Positions 39,094-48,999 of a stretch of DNA of 64,000 bases are shown here, piece after piece (position 1 is the stretch's first letter; each line of letters begins with the position of its first letter). This stretch comes from Methanotrichaceae archaeon (GTDB lineage Archaea; Halobacteriota; Methanosarcinia; Methanotrichales; Methanotrichaceae). The DNA is taken from assembly GCA_963748825.1 (NCBI GenBank), contig CAVVKN010000006.1:96001-160000 (forward strand), given 5' to 3'. Made by a program: the position numbers and the translations under genes. A model generated the notes under the pieces. The model was given only the letters and a program-made list of their open reading frames with translations, searched no databases and was not told the origin of the DNA.

Positions 39094-39912
39094 ATGGAAA
39101 CCATAATCGTTGATGAGGATCTCTGCACCCGGTGCGGGATCTGCTCTTTAGTCTGCCCGGTGACAATTGTTTCCCCAGCCGATGAGAACACCCTCCCCAA
39201 AGTTGCGGATGAAAAAGCCGGCATGTGCCTCCAGTGCGGGCATTGCGAGGCTTTCTGCCCGTCCCAGGCGCTTCTCTTGAACATGCGGCCCGATGAAAGA
39301 CTGCCCCTGCCGAACGGTGCGGGAACCATTTCTCCAGGAACAATAGCGTTCTATCTCAAGAAACGCAGGTCTGTGCGGCATTTCACCAGTGATCCTGTGC
39401 CAAGGGAGAAGATCCTCGAAATGCTTGATATTGCCCGGTACGCTGCATCAGGAAGCAACGGGCAGCCAGTACAGTGGCTGGTTGTTCATGACCCCGAGGT
39501 GGTGAAAAAGATCGCTGGGCTTACCATCGAATGGATGAAGAGCCTTCTGAACACTGCCCATCCCATGAGCGGCTACGTGCCGATGTTTATTTCGGCGTGG
39601 GAGCAGGGACACGATATCATCTGCCGGGGCGCCCCACACCTGCTCTTTGCACATATTCCTGAGGGCAATCCGATTGCGTCTATCGATGCCATCATTGCGC
39701 TGACGCATTTCGATGTCGCTGCGCCTGCATTCGGTATCGGCACCTGCTGGGCGGGATTCGTCGCCATGGCGGCCATCTCCTATGAACCGCTCCAGAAGGA
39801 ACTCGGCCTGCCCGCGGGACGAAAATGCGCCTATTCGATGATGTTCGGCTACCCGCAGTACAAGGTCTATGGGATCCCTCGAAGGAAATCCCTTGAGGTG
39901 ACGTGGCAGTAA
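39094..39912 (+). CDS. Nitroreductase with N-terminal 2x[4Fe-4S] ferredoxin domain
   Basis: CTRCGICSLVCP, CLQCGHCEAFCP, RRSVRHF, GIGTCWAG. Confidence 0.9.
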   Translation: METIIVDEDLCTRCGICSLVCPVTIVSPADENTLPKVADEKAGMCLQCGHCEAFCPSQALLLNMRPDERLPLPNGAGTISPGTIAFYLKKRRSVRHFTSDPVPREKILEMLDIARYAASGSNGQPVQWLVVHDPEVVKKIAGLTIEWMKSLLNTAHPMSGYVPMFISAWEQGHDIICRGAPHLLFAHIPEGNPIASIDAIIALTHFDVAAPAFGIGTCWAGFVAMAAISYEPLQKELGLPAGRKCAYSMMFGYPQYKVYGIPRRKSLEVTWQ

Positions 39913-39956
39913 ACCAGGCCTGCCTGAAAAACGGAAAAACGGAAAGGAGCACGACA

Positions 39957-40245
39957 ATGAAAGTCCTGGCAATCAACGGGAGTCCACGAAAGAAAGAGTT
40001 ACGGGAAATGTGCCGTGCAAGACGGCTTGACACTCGTTCTTGAAAAGATCAGGGATGCCGACGCCCTCATCCTCGGCTCGCCTATCTATTTCGGCACGGT
40101 GATCGGCATGATGCGCTGCTTCATGGAGCGGATGATGTTCCCGTACCTGACGTACACGAAACCTCCAGCCTCGCTCTTCCCTAAGATTATGCCGACTGCC
40201 TTCATCTACACAATGAACGTCTCCGAACAGCAGATGAAGGAGATT
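39957..40245 (+). pseudogene. Flavodoxin-like NADPH-dependent FMN reductase, internally deleted and truncated
   Basis: MKVLAINGSPRKK joined out of frame to SYGKCAVQD...ADALILGSPIYFG. Confidence 0.8.
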
Positions 40246-40310
40246 TATGTAATCCTGGCCGGGCCTCCAGGGCTAATGATCGCGCTTTTTTTGGGAGAGG
40301 GCGGAGGATG

Positions 40311-40691
40311 CTATGCAGCATCGTCAGCCGCAGTAGTAAGATCGTTCTGCGTTGCCTGACATCTGAAGCTGAATGTATCGCCCTTTTCGTAGTTCATCGT
40401 CAAGAGAAACGTGTCCCCAGATTCAACGAGGAAAGTGCCAGAGCCGTTTACCAGATCTGTATCATCCCAGCCTTCAAAAGAGAAAATCAACTTCAGGCTT
40501 TCTTCATCCCTCTCGAATCGGCCATCGATGTAGCCGTCCTGGGTACCGAACTGATAGCTTCCCGTTACCTCGTTTTTTTCGTCCACATTTATGAGAAGAT
40601 GTGGGTCTGGTGATTGGCTGAGATAATCTTCCACCATATCCACGGCCTCGATGACTTTCCATTTACCGGCGAATTCGCTTTCTGTAACCAT
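40311..40691 (-). CDS. Hypothetical beta-rich acidic protein
   Basis: FAGKWKVIE...GSYQFG...IDGRF...FSFEGWDD...GSG. Confidence 0.7.
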   Translation of the reverse strand: MVTESEFAGKWKVIEAVDMVEDYLSQSPDPHLLINVDEKNEVTGSYQFGTQDGYIDGRFERDEESLKLIFSFEGWDDTDLVNGSGTFLVESGDTFLLTMNYEKGDTFSFRCQATQNDLTTAADDAA

Positions 40692-40785
40692 TCTGGATCC
40701 TCCATGAGAATTATCGGCGATCTTTGCAGTCAATGGGATATGGCTTTTCCGGCCAAATTTCATGTCCTATTTTAGCATTCCTTGC

Positions 40786-41370
40786 CTAAAGCAGTATCTT
40801 CCCGGTCAAGGTTATGCGCACTTCTTTGGTCTTGCCCTTCTGCACCAGATGCAGAGCGCCAAGCTCCGCCAGCCGGGCCACCTGGCGGGAGATGGTACTC
40901 TCGGAGACAGAGAGGCGCTTTGCGATATCGGTAATAGTAGTAGGCTGGCTCTCGCTTACGTCCTTCAAAATTCTCTTTTGCCGATCTTCCAGAATAGCGG
41001 TGATATTAGGCAGAGTAACCTCATGGAGGCTTCTTTCGATATCGCTGTAGTTGGTGGTCTTAAAGATCTTCCCGGACTGGGAGAGGCAGGCGATGGTGAA
41101 GGCGAGGAAGATCTCCCGCGGCCCGCCTGAGAGGTTAGCGATGACCTGGCCCTCGGCCTTCTCCAGAAGAGCTTTTAAAGAGATCACCATGCCCTCAAAA
41201 TCCCGATGATCGACGCGGTGGATCTGCAGATCAATGGAGCTGTCTATTTGGCGGGAGAGGTCCCGGATGGCCTGTACCGTCTGCTCGCCGCGCGTATTGG
41301 CAAATTACCGAACTACAAAATCAACAAGGATCGCAACGAGCGAGAAAACCCGACAGGGATTGAAACCGAT
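40786..41370 (-). pseudogene. csa3: Csa3-type CARF-wHTH regulator with degraded N-terminus
   Basis: IGF...; NTRGEQTVQAIRDL; NLSGGPRE CARF motif; C-terminal HTH SESTISRQVARL...LTGK; stop in the 5' part. Confidence 0.7.
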
Positions 41371-41429
41371 CAGCTCTCCTTACGCCAGGGCTCTCCTGTC
41401 AACGCGCTCGCGCCTGCCCATGTCCTCCA
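41367..41429 (-). repeat. Diverged 63-bp copy of an internal mtxX segment
   Basis: Matches 45433-45492 (15-bp exact start; 26/28 at the end). Confidence 0.75.
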
Positions 41430-41608
41430 CGCTGGACTCCCTACCTGCAGATGATGATGGGGCTGGCAAACCTCTGGTGTTCTGCATCTACGATGAGCAG
41501 GCTAAAGGCCGGAAGGCCTAGGAGAAGATGCCGGGAGACCAGAGAACGCTGGAGGCATACTCTTGAGATGGCCCGGGAGGCACAAGTCCAGTCCGATCGA
41601 GCCCAGCG
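41430..41608 (+). pseudogene. RadA-like 3' end plus 5' end of the 72-aa gene
   Basis: ...DQRTLEAYS then RWPGRHKSSPIEPS. Confidence 0.75.
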
Positions 41609-41660
41609 ATGACGCCGTCTCTGAACTCACTATCTTTTTCGTTAGCATGACCAAAAAACG

Positions 41661-42362
41661 CTATTTGACCTCATATGCGATGATGTCGGCAACGAATGGC
41701 CTAGTGCGGCTCACAGAATTGCCCTGTATTCTTATCTGAGCCCTTTGATCATCAATCTTCCCCTGCAAGATTGTTCCCTTTTCTATCGAAGAGAAGCTGA
41801 CCATATCGACCCCCGGAGCGATCTGCTGTTTAGTCCAGAGCATATTGCGGACGTTGGCCTCGGCAGAATGCGTGTCCGTCAGTGTGCCTTGGAAGCTGCT
41901 GGCACTGCCGTTAAGCTGCCAATACTGCAACAGAACACAGCCGCCCGACGGATGGGAGAAGCTCCCTCCCGAATAGATCGAAAAATCAGCATCCATGGGA
42001 TTTGCCGGATCCAGATCGGTATCAATTTCCAGGTGTAATGGGTTTGATTCCGAAAAAGAACCACATATTTCTGGGCGGTATACTGAAATCTTTACATTTC
42101 GTTGGTAGTTTCCGGTATTCTGATAAACGAGATTGCCGTATGCATCGTAGTCCCAATATTCGATGCTCACAGTTGCAACACCGTCGTACTCTGTTTGTGA
42201 CAAGGTCTTCGTGCCTTCATTAGCACTGTCCTTATTCAGAGCTTGCGTGACTTGCGCATTAATATTTGGATCGTTGTACGGTGTCCATATCTGCGCACTA
42301 GCTGAACAAATAATCACAAAAGCAAACGTGATTATCAAGAAAACAATCAACCTTCCATCCAT
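41661..42362 (-). CDS. Secreted hypothetical protein
   Basis: Signal peptide from MDGRLIVFLII; AT-richer codon usage. Confidence 0.7.
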   Translation of the reverse strand: MDGRLIVFLIITFAFVIICSASAQIWTPYNDPNINAQVTQALNKDSANEGTKTLSQTEYDGVATVSIEYWDYDAYGNLVYQNTGNYQRNVKISVYRPEICGSFSESNPLHLEIDTDLDPANPMDADFSIYSGGSFSHPSGGCVLLQYWQLNGSASSFQGTLTDTHSAEANVRNMLWTKQQIAPGVDMVSFSSIEKGTILQGKIDDQRAQIRIQGNSVSRTRPFVADIIAYEVK

Positions 42363-42481
42363 TTTCTCTTCCTCTATGTCGGACTCCATCTCTATGTGGG
42401 CAAGGATGCCTTTTTCCAATGCACGCATCGAATTATTTACGACAGCGCACGCTCCCCTCCAGCGTTCCACCCTGGCCACCT

Positions 42482-42979
42482 CTACTTCTTAAGCTCAATG
42501 GCATACTCACAGTATGGATCGCCGGTGCACATCCTCTTCATGTACCTCATGGTGTACCGTGGATTCAGGCTTTCGACTGAGCTTTGGCAAAAGGCCTGGC
42601 AGTGTGCAGGCGTTCCTGCAGTCGACCAGTACCCGATGTTCCGGTGAGCATTCAGCATCGGACAGCCAGTTATCTTGCCAATTACCCGTCTCTCATCGGC
42701 CTCTACGATCTCGCCCATAAGCTCAGGCCCCAGAATTATAGCAGAGATAATGTCCAAAGTGCTATCGATTTCTGTAGCATTGCTCGCGGGAAGGCCCAGG
42801 GATTCCGCCAATGCTTTTGATTCCTTGCCTCCCTCACTCATGATCACATTCCAAATTTCATCGATCTTATCGCCGATAATCTGCCTGACGAGCATGTCAT
42901 AGACTACCGATTGACTATTTGCAGCCTTGGTGGCGATCTCCCAGCGCACCTCTGCAGGAATATCTTTTATGCTGACCAT
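42482..42979 (-). CDS. V4R/ATC-hydrolase-like Cys-rich ligand-binding protein
   Basis: GCPM...HCQAFC...LNP...MCTGDPYCEY. Confidence 0.7.
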   Translation of the reverse strand: MVSIKDIPAEVRWEIATKAANSQSVVYDMLVRQIIGDKIDEIWNVIMSEGGKESKALAESLGLPASNATEIDSTLDIISAIILGPELMGEIVEADERRVIGKITGCPMLNAHRNIGYWSTAGTPAHCQAFCQSSVESLNPRYTMRYMKRMCTGDPYCEYAIELKK

Positions 42980-43037
42980 AGCAATACCTCACTGCAAATA
43001 TACTGCCGTTAATAATTATATATCTTCTTCCACAGGA

Positions 43038-43171
43038 CTAAAGGAGATCCTGGCAGAGGTCTTCGGTGCCCGGCCCAGCGAGGTGGAGGAGATGATCCAG
43101 AGGTGGCTGGAGGAGAGCGGGATAGAGGAGCGCGAGGAGGGCCGTGGCCGGCGACGTTCTGCCTGGGCGAG
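43038..43171 (+). pseudogene. 3' part of the 72-aa PolB2-operon gene
   Basis: KEILAEVFGARPSEVEEMIQRWLEESG...(frameshift)WPATFCLGE. Confidence 0.8.
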
Positions 43172-43240
43172 CAGGCAGAGATGTGAGAAGTCCGAGGTTC
43201 TGAAAATCAACCAGGCCCTGTCCTCATCATGTTGAAAATT

Positions 43241-44101
43241 CTATCCCAGCTCGAAGCTTGTTACGCCGAAGATTCCTTCCATCGGCAGGCCTGGGTCTTC
43301 CTTGGTGTACATGCGCACGGTCTCGAATACGGGATGCATGTGGTGACTTTTGGCCAGGTCCAAAGCTGCAGAGTTTGGCTCAGGTGTATCCAGGAAGACC
43401 GGCGCACCCAGTGGAGCATGGCCACAAAGAGCGCGGAACAGAGAATCAGCTACATCCTCATCATCAGCAAAAAGCGGCCCTATTTTATAGCCCTGATGGC
43501 ATTCTCTGAGGACACCATAACCCTCCAGTTCGCCATCATTCACAGCTCCGATGGCAATCCCCCCTGGTTGCCCAATCCAGGATTTGGTGAATACATGCCT
43601 GGGCACAGGGAAGTATTGATCATCATAGGCCAGAAGATCTTCCATTGGCACTTCCGAGAGGTTTTTTAAGCCCTCAGCTCTGCGCTCTTGTCCCGTCCCA
43701 ACTCCCTGGTAACGCACGCTCTTGTAGCATGGCCAAAAACCCTTGCGCTCATACAGCTTCTGCTGCTCCAAGACCGCATCAAGCCCAATGTTCCTGCCCT
43801 CCAGATACTTCATACCCGCGTTCCAGATCTCTGTGCCCAATCCCTGGCCTCTGAACGGTGGTTTGACTATGTAAAACCCCAGGAAGCCAAATGAGGCTTC
43901 GTAGGCTACTGCGGAGATACTTGCCACTGGTTTGCCTTCTAATATTCCCACGAAGAAGCCGTTTGCATCGGTTGTGTAAAAGGCTTCAGCGTCGTGAATA
44001 CCAGGATTCCATCCTTCGGAGTTGGCCCAGGATATGGTGAGATCAACTTCATGCCTTGCTGCCTTCCTGATTGCGTACCCTTCTATTGACATTATCGGCA
44101 C
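43241..44101 (-). CDS. GNAT N-acetyltransferase (two-domain, YitH-like)
   Basis: EGWNPG, FLGFYIVKPPFRGQGLG, YKIGPLFAD, GVTSFELG. Confidence 0.9.
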   Translation of the reverse strand: MPIMSIEGYAIRKAARHEVDLTISWANSEGWNPGIHDAEAFYTTDANGFFVGILEGKPVASISAVAYEASFGFLGFYIVKPPFRGQGLGTEIWNAGMKYLEGRNIGLDAVLEQQKLYERKGFWPCYKSVRYQGVGTGQERRAEGLKNLSEVPMEDLLAYDDQYFPVPRHVFTKSWIGQPGGIAIGAVNDGELEGYGVLRECHQGYKIGPLFADDEDVADSLFRALCGHAPLGAPVFLDTPEPNSAALDLAKSHHMHPVFETVRMYTKEDPGLPMEGIFGVTSFELG

Positions 44102-45025
44102 CTATGTCTCACTTTTAGTGTAGATCCCGGATCCCAGGAACCAGGTGTCGTTGACGTCTACCACATAACTGAGCTTGAGCGTGGGTGTCATATTCCTTGA
44201 AGCGTCGGGATAGATATAATAGAGAAATCCGTTCCCCATCCTAGCTGCGTCGATGGCTTGCGAGATGAAATCAACTCCGTTGGGATCTTTGACATCGATC
44301 CGGCTTGTGCCTATCAGCTCGGGCTGGTAAGGAAGGGCTAAAGTCCGACCATCGTAATCGTAGGCAAAGATATATCGTCCATCTCTGGTAAAGTTGCCTT
44401 CCGGGTCGTTGAAAGCCTCCAAAGCCTTCTCTTTGCCGTTCTCATGGGCGAACTGCAAAGCTTCCTCAACATATGCCACAAGCTCATCTCTCTCCTCCTG
44501 ACCAAAAGAGGCGGAAATGTTGGAGAGGTAGGTTCCAGAGCCCAGCCACAGGCTGTCGTCCACCTTCTTAAGGTAGGTCAACTTCAGCTCTTCCCGGTCT
44601 TCATGGATGGGATTTTGGAACACCAGATACAGGATTCCTCCCCCTCTTTTAGCCAAAGAAAGCTCGTTTTTAACCACTGCTACTTCGTTGATGTCCAACA
44701 GGCCTCTTTGGTCATGGCCTACCAGGTCAGGTCTGATGGGATGGGCGATATTGGTCCCGTTGAACTCGTAGGCGAAGATGTAGAGCTCTCCTCTGACAAA
44801 TGATCCGGAACGGTTATTGAACTCCAGGAGAGCCTTCTCCTTGCCGTTATCCTTTACGTAGGCAGCAGCCTCGTCCACGAAAGCCGTCAGCCTATTTATT
44901 TCTATAATATTAGTAGCATTGTCGTATCCAACCCCGTCCTCCGTAAGCTTAGAAGCAGCGAATGTAGTCGATACTATGATTAATATAGAAAATAGCAATG
45001 TGAATCCACTTCGATACGTCAACAT
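44102..45025 (-). CDS. Secreted tandem Cache-domain protein
   Basis: Two repeats GKEKALxxFN...YIFAY...AHP...KLxY...W.LGSG.Y. Confidence 0.88.
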   Translation of the reverse strand: MLTYRSGFTLLFSILIIVSTTFAASKLTEDGVGYDNATNIIEINRLTAFVDEAAAYVKDNGKEKALLEFNNRSGSFVRGELYIFAYEFNGTNIAHPIRPDLVGHDQRGLLDINEVAVVKNELSLAKRGGGILYLVFQNPIHEDREELKLTYLKKVDDSLWLGSGTYLSNISASFGQEERDELVAYVEEALQFAHENGKEKALEAFNDPEGNFTRDGRYIFAYDYDGRTLALPYQPELIGTSRIDVKDPNGVDFISQAIDAARMGNGFLYYIYPDASRNMTPTLKLSYVVDVNDTWFLGSGIYTKSET

Positions 45026-45163
45026 AAGAATGCTGACTGTTCTCCAAGATTAAAAAAGTTATTGGGTGTCATTTCGTTACCTTCACGCGGTTTCTAAGAT
45101 AAGACTGCTTTGGATCTGGAGTCCAGACTCACCGAAGATATTGGCAAAATTTAAAATTCAAAT

Positions 45164-45967
45164 TCAATCAATTTTCTCCCTCATCCCCGCCATGAAGCTT
45201 GCCAGCATCACCGGCCCGTCGAAGCTGCCCCTCGCCCGGCTGGAGTCTATGAAGATTTTGTCCATCAGCACAGGAGCGCCATAGGACTGTGCCCCGCATA
45301 ATAGTAATAGCGTCCGGAAGATGAGATTCCCGGAAACGCCCTCAGGAGCTATGACGATGTCGTCTCCCCGACAGCTCTCAATCAGTATCCCTTTGTGGCA
45401 AGCCAGCAGGCCGGCTTCCTGCGCCCGGGCGGCGATCAGCTCTCCTTCCAGCAGACTCCTATCCACGCGCTCGCACCGGCCCATGTCCTCCATCCGGCCG
45501 CCCGAGAGCACGGCTGCCTGGGGCACGACGCCCATGCTCTGCAGGAACTTCGCTCCACCCATCAAGAGATCCAGCCGGTCTGACATGCTCTCGCCCTCAT
45601 CGATGCCCACCGGCCCCAGCAGGAAGGCCCAGCCGGACAGCTCCAGCAGGGCCAAACGCCGCACGCGGATCTGAAACTGCTCTGCCAGGGCCCGCATGGT
45701 CCTTCCCGCGGGCAGGTTTCCCCTCACTGCGCCCTCGATCTCGCCTGCAGCCAGGAGCCGCACCAGCTCCTTCCAGGGCTCTTTGCTGGCGACGTAATCC
45801 AGAGCACAGTCACAACACGGATCGCCTACCAGGAGCAGATCGGCATACTCTGTGGCTGACTGCAAGGAGGCAATCAGCTCTGCATCTGCATTCCAGATAC
45901 CGATGCCGATTCTGGCACGCCTGGCTCTGGCCTTTTCCCGCAAAGAACGTACAAATATCGAGTCCAT
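45164..45967 (-). CDS. mtxX: Methanogenesis marker protein 4 (MtxX)
   Basis: AVRG, GPVGIDEG, SGGRMEDMGR...VDRSL, GNLIFRTL, DSSR. Confidence 0.9.
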   Translation of the reverse strand: MDSIFVRSLREKARARRARIGIGIWNADAELIASLQSATEYADLLLVGDPCCDCALDYVASKEPWKELVRLLAAGEIEGAVRGNLPAGRTMRALAEQFQIRVRRLALLELSGWAFLLGPVGIDEGESMSDRLDLLMGGAKFLQSMGVVPQAAVLSGGRMEDMGRCERVDRSLLEGELIAARAQEAGLLACHKGILIESCRGDDIVIAPEGVSGNLIFRTLLLLCGAQSYGAPVLMDKIFIDSSRARGSFDGPVMLASFMAGMREKID

Positions 45968-46228
45968 ATCAGTCCCTAAATTGCAGCCGACGTTAGTACT
46001 ACTATTTTGGCTTCTTACTGCGAAAATGCTTCTAAACTTCGCAAAGCCTCTACGAATAACAACTTAGAAAGCCTTGAAAAATTGTTCCCGAGATAATCGT
46101 AGTTCTCCGTCCGTTCGTCCTCTGTGCGCTTCTCTTGCCTCTGTGGTTAAATTCCGTAACCTTGGGTTTAATTACCATACCACCTCTTAACTTCGGCTAC
46201 TTCACATACATGAGAACTTAATTATTCT

Positions 46229-47191
46229 TCAGTGTATTCCGGTTACGCACTCCTTTTCCAGATCGAAAAGGACAATCTCTTCCACCCCATGGCGAATGAC
46301 GAGCTTCCTCTCCGCTGTCACAAGGCCGATCACCCCTGCCGTCAGGCCGCGCCGTTCGAATACCTCTAAGACCGCCTCCACATTCTCAGGCTTGGTGGTC
46401 ACGACAAAGCCCATTCCAGGATACATCTTCAGCCAGCTCGCCAGGTCCAGGTCCGCGGGAACCGGGATTGCTTCCACATCTACCACAGCGCCCACCTTGC
46501 TTGTCTCCAGCAGCATGCCCAGCGTCCCCAACAGTCCCGGATTGCTGATATCTTTGCCTGCCTTGACGAGGCCCCTCTCACCCAGCTCCTGCATACTGCC
46601 TAGCTGCGTGAGCAGGGTCTTGCTGTCCTTGAAGCTGGTGGAGTCGAAGTTTATGGCGAACCGCGGGTGCACCCTGCCATCCATGTCGGCTGCCGCTACT
46701 ACTACCTCGCCCGCCTTGGCCGTGCTGCTCAAGATCACTGCGTTCTTCTTTGCCTTGCCAAGGATTGCCACGTCCAGAGCGCTGTAGGGCGTGTCCGGAT
46801 GCAGGTGCCCGCCAATGATTGGCACATGAAATTTTTCAATTGCTTTCTTCATGCCTTGCAGGACTTTCTCTGCAATCTCCTGGTTGTCCACAGAGAGTAC
46901 ATCCACCATTGCCACCGGCCAGCCGCCCATGGCCGCGATATCGTGTACGTTGACCAGAACGGAACAGTAGCCGGACCACTCCGGATCAACCTCCATAAGC
47001 TTGGACCAGATGCCGTCCGCTGCCAGGAGCATGACCTCCTCCCCGTCGTCAATTACGGCCGCATCCTCACCAAAGGCGGCAATGATGCGCTCAGACTCAA
47101 TGGGAAAGAATTGCATGAGGCTACCTATCTGCTTTTTGCGAGTGATGCCCACAAATCCTCGCAGCTGGGATGCCAGAGACTCCAGATTCAT
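46229..47191 (-). CDS. Methanogenesis marker protein 2 (AIR synthase-related)
   Basis: GITRK, FGEDAA, LVNVHDIAAMGG, GGHLHPD, KDISNPG. Confidence 0.9.
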   Translation of the reverse strand: MNLESLASQLRGFVGITRKKQIGSLMQFFPIESERIIAAFGEDAAVIDDGEEVMLLAADGIWSKLMEVDPEWSGYCSVLVNVHDIAAMGGWPVAMVDVLSVDNQEIAEKVLQGMKKAIEKFHVPIIGGHLHPDTPYSALDVAILGKAKKNAVILSSTAKAGEVVVAAADMDGRVHPRFAINFDSTSFKDSKTLLTQLGSMQELGERGLVKAGKDISNPGLLGTLGMLLETSKVGAVVDVEAIPVPADLDLASWLKMYPGMGFVVTTKPENVEAVLEVFERRGLTAGVIGLVTAERKLVIRHGVEEIVLFDLEKECVTGIH

Positions 47192-47709
47192 CGAAGAATG
47201 TTGAGGCTTTGATCAAAAATAGATGACGCTTTGAGGGGCCGCAAGGTTCTTAAACTCCTGGCTAGGAGTGGGAAGTCCCGCTCTTTGCGGAGTTATTCCT
47301 CTGGCGAGAATGTTTCCAGTGGAAAAATGGCACAAAGAATTTTTTATAGTTTCTGCAGCTATTGAAAAAATGAAACTGGATCAATAATAATAATAAATGA
47401 ATCTGGCTTTATTCCCTGTAAACGATATATGTTGTGGCACCAGCACACGCGAAGCAGAGGGGTAGAAAGGTAATATAATTTACAAAGTAATCGAAAAAGA
47501 GCATCATGCGACCTCTTCTCGGCAATGTGACCCCGTTTTAATATAATCCTTAAAAGAAGAGAAAAGCATTCTCACTTTTTCAACATGCTTCTCTTTTGGC
47601 AATCAGTGTCTGCTCATCCTTTTCTGGAATCATCATCTGCCCATATCAGTTAAGTAAGAAATAAGAAAGTAAGAGAAGGTGAACGCGGGAAAAAAATAGC
47701 AATCCGAGT

Positions 47710-48954
47710 TTAGCCTCGCATCAAATTTGCAGCCAGATCGATCACGGTCCTGGGCCGGATGAGCGATACCATGACTCCGGAATAGGCAGCCTTTTTCAAA
47801 AATGAGCCGCTTAAGATGAGCGTTTTCCCGGAAAGGCCCCGCACAAGTCTGTCTATCTCCTCATCTTTCATCATGGCCAGTGTCTCTAGAGATGCCCTGC
47901 CCATGCGATATTGCCAGTAGAACTCCCTTTTCCAGAGCTTTTCGTACGCGAGAAGACCTTTGCGGGAGAAATCTGTTGCGGCTGCCGCCTGGCCTACCGC
48001 CTGGGCAGCCACGCTGCCGCAGATAGTTCCGGCGCGCATGCTGTAGGCGAGGCCGCTCTGGCCGGCAGCTCCACCTGTGACCATCAGGGAATTGGTCACC
48101 ATCTCGCCGGGCATAACGCAGATGGGGTCGCCCCCTCGCCGCACGGAAAGAATCTTTAGATCCTCAATATCCCTGTATTGCCCTGCTTTGTAGGCCTTAA
48201 ACCGTTTCAAGAAATCCCGGAAAAAGGGCTGCACATTTTGACCGTGGCCGCGCACGAAAACGCCAAGTGTGGCGCGATCGCCGCCCGCAGGTGAGAAGGT
48301 GGCCTTCCAGCCGGGAGCCATGCTGCCAATCCAGTACTGGAAGAACATCTCTTCACCTAGGCCCGGATGCTCGATATCGGCTTCCATGGCCCAGGCAATA
48401 TCCTCGGGATGGCGCATGGGCTGCAGGCCGGCCCCCCGTGCCAGGTGGGACAAAATTCCTGAGGCGTCCACTACCACCTTTGCCTCGATCTCATCGTCAT
48501 CCAAGGATACAGTTCTGCGATTGCCTTGCTGCCTGGATTTTTTGGCGATGCCTGCAAGCAGAGTCACCCCAGAGCTTTGCGCTAGGCCGAGGTAGCGCTC
48601 ATCGAACTTCTTTCTGTCAATGAAATAGCCTTTGGCGGGAATGGAGACCCCCTGGCCGGAAGGGGAGAGAATGCGCATGCCTTCCAGCTCTTTCTTCAGG
48701 TAGCAGTCCTCTACCTTGATCCCTGAGGCGGCGGCCATTCCCTCAAAGAGGGTATTTGCGGCATGATCCAGGCCGGCCAGATCCCTGTCCAATAATATTA
48801 CACCAGCTCCGCCTTTTGCGGCAGAGATTGCAGCCATCAGGCCGGCGGGCGAAGCGCCCACTACCAGAACATCGCACTTCACGGCGGTGATTGGGATGGC
48901 AGATGAGATTAACTTTTCCAGAGGGCAAGAGATGGATAATGATGAATGGGGCAA
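47710..48954 (-). CDS. Geranylgeranyl reductase-like FAD oxidoreductase
   Basis: DVLVVGASPAGL, IDRKKFD, APGWKATFSP, GGAAG. Confidence 0.8.
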   Translation of the reverse strand: MPHSSLSISCPLEKLISSAIPITAVKCDVLVVGASPAGLMAAISAAKGGAGVILLDRDLAGLDHAANTLFEGMAAASGIKVEDCYLKKELEGMRILSPSGQGVSIPAKGYFIDRKKFDERYLGLAQSSGVTLLAGIAKKSRQQGNRRTVSLDDDEIEAKVVVDASGILSHLARGAGLQPMRHPEDIAWAMEADIEHPGLGEEMFFQYWIGSMAPGWKATFSPAGGDRATLGVFVRGHGQNVQPFFRDFLKRFKAYKAGQYRDIEDLKILSVRRGGDPICVMPGEMVTNSLMVTGGAAGQSGLAYSMRAGTICGSVAAQAVGQAAAATDFSRKGLLAYEKLWKREFYWQYRMGRASLETLAMMKDEEIDRLVRGLSGKTLILSGSFLKKAAYSGVMVSLIRPRTVIDLAANLMRG

Positions 48955-48999
48955 GATATATAATATTAATATTTAATAAATCGAATTATTGCAGAAAAC

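Noticed and set aside
41601-43081. GCCCAGCGA at 41601 and 43073 as a target-site duplication of the cargo
   Set aside because: The right copy lies about 35 bp inside the resumed gene, not at the junction.
40786-43200. CRISPR array near csa3
   Set aside because: No regularly spaced 25-40-bp repeats seen anywhere in the window.
47330-47700. AT-rich intergenic stretch with tiny ORFs
   Set aside because: No ORF with RBS or motif support, and no repeat structure found.
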